Origin: Azolla caroliniana
Taxonomy: Eukaryota > Plantae > Polypodiophyta
Length of the DNA stretch: 11,141 nucleotides
Assembly: GCA_043228905.1 (NCBI GenBank)
Contig: JBHGNT010001185.1
Location: 1 to 11,141, forward strand
Direction: 5' to 3'
Made by a program: the position numbers and the translations under genes. Below are positions 1 to 9,747 of this stretch, piece after piece. Position 1 is the stretch's first letter. Each line of letters opens with the position of its first letter. A model generated the notes under the pieces. It made no database searches. It was not told the origin of the DNA and saw only the letters and a list, made by a program, of their open reading frames with translations.

Positions 1-332
1 CTACCATTTGAGCATTCATTATTTTAACATGTCATGCTCCTAAAATTTCCTAGTTACCACATCCATGTATACTCACTCACACATATGTACATTCTATGCC
101 ATGTGCCATGTAATATTAAACATGTGATTGTGTCGACTAGTGGTACATAAACCTTGCTCGATACTCATTCCTTGAACATGAGAAAGTATCATGGATGTGC
201 ATAGTTATAGTTGATGGATGTAGTAATATGTATAATAACTTGAGAATGATGGCATTTTATTTATTTTCCGAAAATTGACAGTGTGTTTGTTTTGTTTATC
301 TATCCTCGACACACACACGTGTGCTTGTGCAC

Positions 333-590
333 CACTCACTTGCCCCATGTAGTCACCCAACTCTTCCCTTTATAAATGAAGTATAATGTGACCATGTAAT
401 TTCATGTTAGTGTAAATATCTCACATATACTTACATTGCCACATTCTAATTTATGTTTTTTGCACTCACTTGCCCATGTAGTCACCCAACTCTTCCCTTT
501 ATAAATGAAGTATAATGTGACCATGTAATTTCATGTTAGTGTAAATATCTCACATATACTTACATTGCTACATTCTAATTTATGTTTTTG
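333..590. repeat. Tandem duplication, 2 x ~130 bp (333-462, 463-590)
   Basis: Both copies run CACTCACTTGCCC(C)ATGTAGTCACCC...TTATGTTTTT(T)G. They differ only by two 1-nt homopolymer indels and one C/T substitution. Confidence 0.95.
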
Positions 591-1191
591 CACTTAGAAA
601 AGATAATGACAATTAAGAAAAGCAGACATCTCGATTTCTAAAAATTTCAAGCTTGCATCATATTTACTCATTTACACAACGACCCAAAGCTCACATTTGA
701 TTGGTATTATTATAACTTTGAGAATGGCAATGATTGCAGCTTCCTTATAAAAAAAAAGCCTCAAAGCTGGTTTATAAAAAATCGACAATACTAACTAGAA
801 CTATGGTTATCGCACGATAACCTCATGATGTGTATTCACATCACCTCTTGAATCCTAAACTGGTATGTCATAAACATGGTAGGTGATCATAATTAGTTAG
901 TTTGTACACATGACGAAATGTCAAGAGAACCTATGTGGTGAGGTCTTTAAATTTGGAGAATTCTGATTTATTTTTTTGTCTTAGTTTGGTGACTTTGCGC
1001 GAGGTAACTTTCAAATGCGATGCTTTCCTGTATAAAAGAGTAACTATCTCCTTTATGTGAGATGCAACTTTACTATTTACACTCTCCTTTTGACCAACAT
1101 AGTTACCTCCCGAGGTACATGGAACTTTAATGCATTCCCATTTTTGTAATTTCCATTATATCAAAGGGCTGTTGGCCAACACCCATTTCTT

Positions 1192-1392
1192 TTCTTTCTT
1201 TATGGGCAGCATGAATACTATGGACACAACCATTTTCATATCCAACGATGGGGGTTGGAGGGGGGTTGGAGGTATAGTAACAATGAACCAACCTCTTCTT
1301 TCTTTATGGGCAGCATGAATACTATGGACACAACCATTTTCATATCCAACAATGGGGGTTGAAGGTATAGTAACAATGTATCAACCTGTTCT
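1192..1392. repeat. Tandem duplication, 2 x ~100 bp
   Basis: ATGGGCAGCATGAATACTATGGACACAACC... starts at 1202 and again at 1306 (period 104). Copy 1 has an extra GGGGGTTGGA unit. Confidence 0.92.
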
Positions 1393-2663
1393 AATGGTTA
1401 ACAATGGGCTAGCGATTTTCCAAACATTGCATCGAGAAGACAAGTTCTTTATGTCGACTCTGGGAACCATAAATAGTTTGTGTAGATACATCAAGTATTA
1501 CATGGTGTGATTGCATAGGTGAGTTAGAATATGTTTTTTTGCCATTTTTACTAGCCTCAAAAATATCTTTTATCAAAGATATTACTTTTCCTTGTTACAT
1601 TTATGGGTGATAGGTTCAATCACTAGAAATATCAAAACATGCAAAGCTTGCTTTGTGATTTTAAGTTGTTGAGAGGCAAACCTTAGCTCAAAAGATTTAT
1701 AGGTTTTCCAGATTCTATTCTTCATGTCATATGGACTAGAAGAGTTGAGAATTGCTTTTGGCGAACAAGCGAAACGTGAGTATTTACCTGGTTCATTCTA
1801 GTGAGCTTTTAAAGATCATCATTTTACCTGAATTGAACCATAAAAGACATATAAATAACAATACTTGGTATGCATAGATTTGATGTATATTCATGCACGA
1901 CTCCCACATTACCTAGTATGAGGTCGTGCTACCCAAACATGACTCAACATACATGCTCAAATATCTGAGTTGAAAATACAACTTTGTCATAATACATTTG
2001 TCCATGACAATTGGTACAAACATATTACAAATTCTTTTTTGGAGGCATCAAATTTTGTTCATGCAATACAAATGATTTCTTTCATTTAATCTAAGTTTGG
2101 TGCACATTAATATTTTGAGCAATGCCGCCCCTTTTAAATGGCTTTTAAGAAGGGCTGATATGCTTGGTGACAACTTTATATGTTTAGGTGAGAGTCATAG
2201 GGAACTCCATCTATTAGGAAAGTTTTTACCCAATTTCGTTCGAGAAATTTTGGAAAATATCAATATATAATGTTCTTTGCATTCAAATTAGAACATACCC
2301 ACTTCATACTTTATCCACACAAGGAAAGTGAATATAGCTAAGCAAATTTTGAGAATTTCTCAATTGTTGTTTTTGGCATTTCCTTGTTTTTAAATAGTTT
2401 TATAATACTCATGTCTATCTTGTCTACCTCAAAATTTGATCAATCTGATGCCACGTCTTACATGATCAAGCATCTCATCATTCACAATTTAAGTTGGACT
2501 CACATAAAAAAGAAATACTTGATATCGATATAGAAAAAGGAGTAAAGTAAGAAAAAGAAAAAGCGAATTATGAAAAAGAGTGAAAGGCTAACTTTAAGAA
2601 AGGAGATGGAAAGATAATAGTGTGTGTTCTTTGGCGAGTCTCAAAAACAAAAAAGCGAAGTTT

Positions 2664-3875
2664 GTTTTCTTATGATTTGGTAGAAAATACTTGTGGAATT
2701 CATTGAGGCTCTTTGATGTTAGGACGTATTGTCGTATCAACATTTTCGTGATGAACAGATAAAGGTAATGAGAGAAAATTTCTATGTGAACATGACACGC
2801 TTTGTTAAAATTGGGATGATTTTTCTAGAGTATATGTATTGTTTGATATAAACTTTTGGTTAATTGTATTTTTCTCATAATCTGAAGTCTTTCATAAGCA
2901 TGTTGTTTGGAGAGTAGCAAAAACTAAAAAAGAGAAAATAACCTTCATATGATTCGATAGAAAAATACGCATGGAATCATTGAGGCACGTTGATGTTGGG
3001 AAGTTGTATCACTAAAATCTACAAATTTGTCATGAAGCAATGAAGGCAATGAGAGACGATTTCACATGAACATGAGATGCTTCATTGAACTATGGATGAT
3101 TTTTCTAAAGTGTCGGTTATGTTTGATATAGCTTTTAAGTTAGGTATTTATTTCTCATAATCTTCAAAGTCCATCATAAGCATGTCGTTTAAAGAAATAA
3201 AGTTTTCTTATGGTAAGAAAATAGATACTCGTGGAATTCATTTAGGTATCTTGATGTTGGGAAGTTGTTATGTTGACATTTATAGATTCGTCACCAAGTC
3301 AAAGAGATAAAATTTCTACATGAAGATGACATGCTTAATTGAACTTGAGATGACTTTTCTAGAGTATATGTATTGTTTGATTATATACTTGAAGCCTTAA
3401 AGTAGTTGTTTGTTTCTCATAATCATTGAAATTCTTCATAAGCTTGACATAACTTCTTTCACGTGTCTTAGAATATACAATGATGGGATGATTCTTCTAG
3501 AGTCTACATATTGTTTGGTATAGACTACAAATTAGTAGTTTATTAATGTTCAAAATCTTCATAAGCCTAACATACCTTCATTATTCCATCATACATAGTA
3601 TGTAATATAGTCGAATGCATTGTCAAACATTCTTTAACATACGAATGCAAACGAATGCATATGGTATCAAAACATTCTTACGTTTTTTTTTACACTTTAC
3701 CTTAATTTTCTTACCTTAAAAAAATTACCTTATAATAAATAATGAATACAAAAGTATGGTATTTACAATACATACTTGGAAGGTGTTTACCATACTCGAA
3801 TGATTGAAACATTCTCGAATGCGAATGCACTTATGGTACTTATGGTTCATACTATGCCATCATAGAATATACAAA
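2664..3875. repeat. Diverged tandem array of ~260-280-bp units (3 full copies plus 1 partial copy interrupted by a MITE)
   Basis: Units start near 2664, 2944 and 3201, with a partial copy near 3485. Shared blocks in the same order: TGGAAT(T)CATT, TTGATGTT(A/G)GGA, GATGA(T/C)TTTTCTA(G/A)AGT, TGTTTGAT, TTTCTCATAATC, TCATAAGC. Confidence 0.85.
3594..3856. mobile_element. Non-autonomous hAT-like DNA transposon (MITE), 263 bp
   Basis: Perfect 9-bp TIRs CATAGTATG (3594-3602) and CATACTATG (3848-3856). Identical 8-bp TSD CCATCATA (3586-3593, 3857-3864). Subterminal CGAATG/CATTC repeats at both ends. An 8-bp TSD is the hAT hallmark. Confidence 0.85.
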
Positions 3876-5164
3876 TGTTGTTTTAGAAACAAGCATGAAT
3901 TTTTGTGAAAGCTACAAAAGATATTTAATTGATGATTATTTATTGATTTATGATAATGAAATACAATTCAAAACAATCTTCATCCATCACCCATACTCTC
4001 TTGGCCATGGGGTTCAAGCGTACCCCAAAGATTAAAATCATTGTCTTGAATGTTAAAAACTTAAAACATATCTATCATGTTTTAAATTCTAATTGTGTAC
4101 ACTAATAAAGTTCAAATGTGCTCTATATAAACCAAGTTAAAGAATGAGTGCAATTATGTAAACACCACCTGAACTAAAAGATGAGATGATGTTAACAACT
4201 CCAATTACACATAATTTGTGTTCCATTTCTAGTTAGTGGGGATGTTGTACAAAAGCTGCACTCAACCACATCTTGTGTGTGAGAACACTCATAGGAGAAC
4301 ATGTATGAAAGTCTACTTTTGTAATAGGAATATGGAAAACCACCACTAAGATGAATATGCAAATGGGTAACACTTTCCCTAGTGAAACGTTGACATAAAT
4401 AACTTCGCTAGTAGGAGGTACAAGATATGTATTTTCCTTGTAAGACAAGGATATTACAAGTCTAACATGGAAGAGATGATGTAAACTAATTGGGTTGACT
4501 AGCAAAAACATTCTATTTGGTGAGATGTTCTCTCAATTCACATGAGAATCATCGAAGAAGAGATGCCCCAAACTATTTGAGTGGACTAGCATAACATTTT
4601 GATACGTTGAGAATTGCCATAAGTAGACATGCACCACAATCATTTTTAGATTCATAGTTGATATTGCGCATTGAGGAAAATCACAATTGGAACAAGAACA
4701 TTGGTTCTAAAAAGTAGAGCATCTGATGCATCATATCTTCGTGAGGAGAAACCAAAAGCTTTTGAACAATCTCCATCATCTTCCTAAACTCTGACTCCTC
4801 TCCGGATAAAAGACATTCACCCTCACCAACTCGGAGTTTCCCTTGTGTTTTGTTAGTGAAGATGTGACCAATACCTCTCGGGATCCTTAAATTAGGATCC
4901 ACCCCTTTTCGAACTATCTACTAACAAAGGAGCAACCATACACTTCAACTTTTTTATATACATCCTTATACATTGCATATACTTATAGACCTCATCTTTT
5001 ACAACACTTTGCTCATGTTTATCGATGGTTACAATGTGGTAGTGTACATAATGAAGAATTGATTGGAATCATTACCCAAGATTTCTAGATACAATGACAT
5101 CTTCAAACAAAACTTCTTCCATGATTCCAAATTTGTGCTCCACAAACCACCCTTAGTGTGAAGT

Positions 5165-5540
5165 ACACAAAACTTTCTAAGGGATGTGCAAGATATGTTA
5201 CATATAGGTCAGGAAAATATAAAAATGGGTCAAGATAGAGCATGATTTTATGTGGATCAACATTGATGGCCCCATGTATTTCTCCTCGAATGGAAAGTGT
5301 TTATACGTGTGCCTCGTGACTCTACGAAGTTGTCCACGGGTAAATGTGCAAAATTAGCCCCATGCTTTTGTGGACCTTTCACAATCGTCAAGCATATTGA
5401 TTCATCTGCCTATCATCTCCACCTTCTAGCTAGCATCCAAGTTCATCTTGTCTTTCATGTTTGTTTTCTCAAAGAGCTCTTGGGTTCTAATGATAATTTT
5501 GTTTCTATTAAAACTCTAGTTACTTTTGAGGATTTACGTG
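5165..5540 (+). pseudogene. Ty3/gypsy integrase C-terminal fragment (GPF/SH3-like region), chromovirus-like, degenerate
   Basis: One frame reads TQNFLRDVQDMLHIGQENIKMGQDRA*FYVDQH*WPHVFLLEWKVFIRVP...TGKCAKLAPCFCGPFTIVKHIDSSAYHLHL...VHLVFHVCFLKE. This matches the KLxPRxxGPF...AYxLxLP...HPVFHVSxLK pattern. Stops lie at 5243 and 5264. Confidence 0.88.
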
Positions 5541-5682
5541 ATTTGGAGGGTTCACAAAGTATAGATGCTCAACCTACCTTTGTTCTCTCGTAGGTACATA
5601 ATGAGAAGATAATTTACTCTACTTGGTACTCTCCAAAATACATGACCTTTTGTCGAGAATACACCCATGTGCTCTCCCACTA

Positions 5683-5841
5683 CATGCATACATGTTTATC
5701 ATAGATATCAAAACGCATGCATGTATGTTTGCGAGAGATGTCAAAACACATGCATGCATGTTTGCGAGAGATGTCAAAAATGCATGCACGCATGTTTACG
5801 AGAGATGTCAAAGCGCATGCATGCATGTTTGTGAGAGATGT
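5683..5841. repeat. Minisatellite, 33-bp unit, ~4.8 copies
   Basis: Consensus CATGCATGCATGTTTGCGAGAGATGTCAAAACG; units start at 5683, 5716, 5749, 5783 and 5816. Confidence 0.95.
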
Positions 5842-5913
5842 TTGCAGTGGGACACCTAAATTCTAATTTACTTTTTGCACAAATCCCGATTTACAAAATC
5901 AAATGGCTAATAT

Positions 5914-6093
5914 TGTGAAATGCACTTAGAGAGGATCCAAACTAGACTGTCTTGCATAATTTATAGTTGATACAAAGATACCCATTTGGGTTGGTTTGGC
6001 TACCAACCAATGCATGCAGACATGCTTGCTAAAAAGGTGGCACAAAGGAACAAAGGTACACCACATCATGAAGCCTTGTGCTTGCTCAAAAGG
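5914..6093 (-). repeat. 3' LTR (lacks about the first 18 nt)
   Basis: Aligns with 9748-9955 (TGTGAAATGCAC.../TATGAAATGCAT... to ...TCAAAAGG) and ends CATTTCACA on the minus strand. Similarity stops at 6093. Confidence 0.85.
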
Positions 6094-6149
6094 CTCCAAG
6101 AAACAAGCAGTTTTATGACAGGGTTAAAGGAGGGGTGGGGTATCAGTAG

Positions 6150-6875
6150 ATGGGCTCGGGGTGCATAGGGCTTGATGTGAGCAACGTGGGCAGAGGTAAC
6201 TCGACCATTAGAATTGCCTCGAAGCAAGTAGGTAGTGGATTTGATGGCACGAACTAAGGTGAAGGGGTTTATCTAGCGGTGCTTGAGGGATTTGCCGAGC
6301 CCACGCTGCCGAACAGGGAAGTAAACAAAGAATTTGTTTCCTGCGGAATAAGTCGAGGTAATTCAACCCACGTTGTAGTGTCGCTTTTGGCATTGTTGTG
6401 CGACTTGTCGGTTTCGGAAGTTGGCTCCTCGAAATAGTGGGAGCATCTGTGAGAGGTAGATCCTGCAAGTAGCATCATCCATGTGGGTAGGTCTAGAATA
6501 GACGTCGATGGATGACTCCTTGGTTGTTGTTTTTGGAGAACCTTGTGGAAACCCAGATCGCTCGACAATGGGTGGTTGCGATAAAATTGGAGGTACGATT
6601 GTTGAAGGGCACGAGCGATGTAGAGGTGGGGCTCGTGGTGCTCCTGAATGAAGAAATCCAAGTTGTCGCGAACTGTGAACCTCTTTTGTGAGCGAAATGT
6701 TTGGAGGGAGCACAATTGTTGGGTTATCTCTTGGATGGCGGGGTTTGTGGGGCTCGTGGTGCTCATGAATGAAGAAATCCAAGTTGTCGCGAACCGTGAA
6801 CCTCTGTTGTGAGCGAAAGGTGTGGAGGGAGCGCAATTGTTGGGTTATCTCTTGGATGGCGGGGTCTTGTTGCTA
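6150..6875 (-). pseudogene. Integrase remnant: N-terminal zinc-finger half joined to the C-terminal GPF region, catalytic core missing
   Basis: LYIARALQQSYLQFYRNHPLSSDLGFHKVLQK (H2C2-like, ~6530-6625). Then AQQCQKRHYNVG*...VYFPVRQRGLGKSLKHR*INPFTLVRAIKSTTYLLRGNSNGRVTSAHVAHIKPY (~6410-6165). Confidence 0.8.
6626..6867. repeat. Tandem duplication, 2 x 121 bp, inside pol
   Basis: GTGGGGCTCGTGGTGCTC... starts at 6626 and 6747. The period of 121 is not a multiple of 3, so it shifts the frame; this explains the duplicated FTVRDNLDFFI peptide in two ORFs. Confidence 0.95.
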
Positions 6876-6954
6876 AACTGTGGGGAGCTATGGCAGCGGT
6901 AGTGGAAGACCAAACTACTCGGGGAGAAATTGGACAACCTGAATGTCGGCGCGA

Positions 6955-7310
6955 GAGAGAGACCATCGGCGACCAGATTGATTACACCTTTCGGATAGGC
7001 GAGGGTAGATTGATAATCTTGGCTTGTGGCAACGTGCATCGCAACAAGAGACTGAAGGGGTGAGGCCTATGGATAATGGAACGCAAGGGTTGGTGGTCAG
7101 TCTCAACAGTAACTTGTCCGACATGAAGGTATGGGTGAAAACGTTGGAAGGACCAAAAGATCGCAGGTAGTTCCTTCTCGGAGGTTGAGTAGTTGTGTTC
7201 AGTCGGGGTGAGAGCTCTACTGATGAAAGTGACTGCCTTTTCATGCCCGTGGCAATCAGCTTGTAGGAGGATGACTCCTAACCCTTGGTTTGAGGCATTT
7301 TGTCTATAAC
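6955..7310 (-). pseudogene. Ty3/gypsy RNase H domain
   Basis: NASNQGLGVILLQ...AVTFISRALTPTEHNYSTSEKELPAIFWSFQRFHPYL...VETDHQPL, and after a frameshift QDYQSTLAYPKGVINLVADGLS. Confidence 0.92.
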
Positions 7311-7539
7311 CTGAATGGTTTGTCAAAGTTAGGGTGGGCGAGCAAGCCTGATTCCTAGACTAGTGTTTTGAGGTGATGAAAGTTGTCTTCTCAAGTAGGA
7401 TCCCAAACGAACATTGCATCTTTCTTCAATTATTGGAGGGGAAAAATGACAGAGACAAGGTTTTGGCATGAATTGAAGGGAAAAGATGTTCATGCCCAAA
7501 AAATGTTGACATAGTGCTTTTATTGAGGTGGGGTGGGGT

Positions 7540-8240
7540 AGTCGATGATGGTAGCTACCTTAGCAGGGTCCACACGAATTCCTTCGCCAGAGATGATGTA
7601 GCCGAGAAAACGTAGGTTGGTGCTCCTTCCTCGACATTTCTTCTACAAGAGTTGTAGGTTATGTTTGGTTGTTCATGTGAGGACTTTCGTGAGAGTCTGT
7701 AGGTGGTCGTCCTAGGTGACGATGTGGATTAGGATGTCGTCGAGATAAACGAGGAGGATGACTTTTCTGATGAGGTTGGTAAAGATGGAGTTGGCCATGC
7801 GTTGGAATGTGTTGTCGACATCAAACAGGCCGAACGACATGCAAGTGAATTGGAACATCGTGCAGTGTGTACGGAATTGGTTTTGTGGGCATCGAAAGTC
7901 TTCAGAGGGATTTGCCAATATCCCGAGGCCAAGTAGAGGGAGGTGAAATAATGGGAGGCACCTAGCTAATCCAAGAGGTCGTCCACGCAAGGGAGCGGGT
8001 AGAGGTCAGGGATTATCTCTTTGTTGATTGACCTAAAGTTGATGTAGAAGTGGAAGGTGCCACCGTCCTTTTTGACGAGGTGGTGTTACGAAATCAAGTG
8101 GCTAGTGGAGGGGATCATAATACCAAGTTTGGTGAGCATGTGAGTGACAGTGGCATCAATGTGATCGTGGTTGGTGACGTCGGTGGATAGCCATGCAGAT
8201 TGGATTGGCATCATTGGTATGAATGACATGTTGTACCGAG
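7540..8240 (-). pseudogene. Ty3/gypsy reverse transcriptase, frameshifted
   Basis: KKDGGTFHFYINFRSINK...LYPLP, ASGYWQIPL, DAHKT, FTCMSFGL...NTFQRMANSIF, and VYLDDILI (YLDD at 7736-7747). Confidence 0.95.
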
Positions 8241-8419
8241 AAAGATACACTAGCAATGTGCGTGGGTTGCAAGGCTAGCAATGGTAAATGAGCTAACAAT
8301 TGGCAGATGGAAGTCAACTGCTCCTTTGGATTGAGGGCCACCTGTGCCTGACTAAGGTGGGGGACTATGGGGCTACTATGTACGAGGGGGATCGGGGGAG
8401 CTTGTGGGAGTTGGTGGGT

Positions 8420-8818
8420 GGTGAAATCAAGCGTAGTGCAACACTCAATGAATCTATCGCATCCTAAGGTGAGACTGAGTTGGTGGAGTAAGACATAAAA
8501 GTGGTGTGAGAAGGTCATAATGCCTAGGGTGACGGAACAGTGGGCCTACGTGTCAGAGTGGTAGAGTTGCTACGTGCGAGAGTGATAGAGTTGCTGGTGA
8601 TCGCTAAAAAGGAGCTGGATAGAGGGAGCGATGGATGTGAGGAGGCCTAACTGGTGAACGAATGTGACGCTTATGGAAGAGATACTGCTACCAAAGTCTA
8701 ATGAGATGGTGTGGGTGGAGTTATTCATTGTGGTGAGAGTGGAGCATACCTTCGAAGTGGAAGAGGCGGACGCTTGGACGTGGTGGGCTGGTTCCTCCAT
8801 TAGCACCTCGGAGGTTAG
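8420..8818 (-). pseudogene. Aspartic protease domain (start of pol)
   Basis: ISLDFGSSISSISVTFVHQLGL has the D-S/T-G active site degenerated to DFG. Downstream, HHFYVL...LTLGCDRF resembles the ILGxDF motif. Confidence 0.8.
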
Positions 8819-9695
8819 TTTCCCGAGAGCTCAGCCAATGATGCGGTGTTAGCCACTATTATCTGGTATTTTGCTTTCAAGACTGAATAATGTCGTACAA
8901 AGCTGTAATTGTTGTAGAAGAAGCAATTCGGGTGCCCTTGTGCATCGCGATTGGTAAGGTTGTGGCGAGTCTGCAATTGCATGTTTTGGACATCAAGTTC
9001 CATTGGGGGGGCGTTTCCTAGTACGGGGCTCACGAGTCGTTCGATGGTGGAGGGGGGCGATGTAGTTGGGAGTTGGATTGTGTGTAAGTTCAATGCGTTG
9101 GGTGATTAGAATGGCCTCATTGAACGTCTTGGGATTTTGGGCATGACGAGTGATGTCATTACGTAGCCAAGGCCACAAGAAGAAAAGCTTGACATGCTTG
9201 GGCATAGTAGGATCGGTGCGAACAAGGAATTGATTTAATTGGAAGACAAATTGCCCCACTGGTTCGTTTGTTTACTGTTGCAACGTCGTATGTGCTGAAT
9301 TTTGATGGGCGAAGTTTTGCACGAAAAGATCCTTGAGGATCGCCCAGTTCTCTTTCACTTCACTTGCTTGCTGCACGAACCAGGTGGCGGCGACGTTCTC
9401 TAGGAGGGTGTGAACTCCCAAGGTTTTGCACACGTCGGACCATTGGTGGTAACTGGAGATCATTTTGATGTGGTCCCGCCAAGCTAATACGTCCTTAAGA
9501 GGATAGGCCGGAGAAGGACTTTGGTAGAGAGAAGAAGAGCATAGCTTGATTCGTGTGGCTGATTTGAATCATGGCGTTGGAGTGGACTTGCAGGAGCTGC
9601 TCCATTTGGAAGTGTGGTGGGCACTCGTGAGGTTGCGAGAACTCAAACTGCATAAGGGTATTATCTTCTGAGGCCACAAGGAGGTGGGAAGCCAT
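8815..9695 (-). pseudogene. Retrotransposon gag (capsid-like region, PMELD motif, degenerate zinc knuckle)
   Basis: ATG at 9695. PKSFSG...EDVLAWRDHI...WSD...LLENVAATWF...WAILKDLFVQNF; PKTFNEAILITQRIE; PPMELD; CFFYNNYSFVRHY (eroded CCHC). Stop at 8815-8817. Confidence 0.85.
8818..8824 (-). promoter_or_regulatory. -1 ribosomal frameshift slippery heptamer G-GGA-AAC
   Basis: Minus strand reads TCG GGA AAC TAA, the end of gag (SGN*). The -1 frame (GGG AAA CTA ACC TCC GAG GTG CTA ATG...) runs open into the protease ORF 8570..8806. Confidence 0.75.
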
Positions 9696-9729
9696 GAACA
9701 AGGTGGCAAGCTAGCGGCTGAGATTTTAT

Positions 9730-9744
9730 CCTGCTTCTCCACCA
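9730..9744 (-). promoter_or_regulatory. Primer-binding site, tRNA-Ala-like
   Basis: Minus strand TGGTGGAGAAGCAGG lies 3 nt after the 5' LTR end. It matches the complement of the tRNA-Ala 3' end (TGGTGGAGATGCGGG, recalled from memory) at 13 of 15 positions. Confidence 0.75.
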
Positions 9745-9747
9745 ATA

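Noticed and set aside
1130-1318. 62-aa ORF
   Set aside because: It overlaps a tandem duplication and has no recognisable motif.
4231-4926. Possible solo LTR (AGTTAGTGG...CTACTAACA), including ORFs 4233..4511 and 4681..4902
   Set aside because: The left end lacks TG, the flanks TTTCT and AAGGA are not a TSD, there is no second copy in the window, and the ORFs have no recognisable motifs.
5683-5841. CRISPR-like array, and the ORF 5623..5859 with repeated HACMFARDVK
   Set aside because: Head-to-tail units without unique spacers in a eukaryotic context. The ORF is a by-product of the 33-bp period.
6126-6140. AAAGGAGGGGTGGGG as a polypurine tract
   Set aside because: It is on the wrong strand for the minus-strand element, has no following TG-starting LTR, and is the antisense of the Pro-rich integrase tail.
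6150-6900. Alternative reading as an integrase-free DIRS-like or pararetroviral element
   Set aside because: Integrase zinc-finger and GPF remnants, direct LTRs, a PBS and a TSD are present. No tyrosine recombinase or movement protein is seen.
6809-8852. Plus-strand ORFs 6809..7063, 7758..7946 and 8664..8852
   Set aside because: Antisense shadows of pol with no independent motifs.
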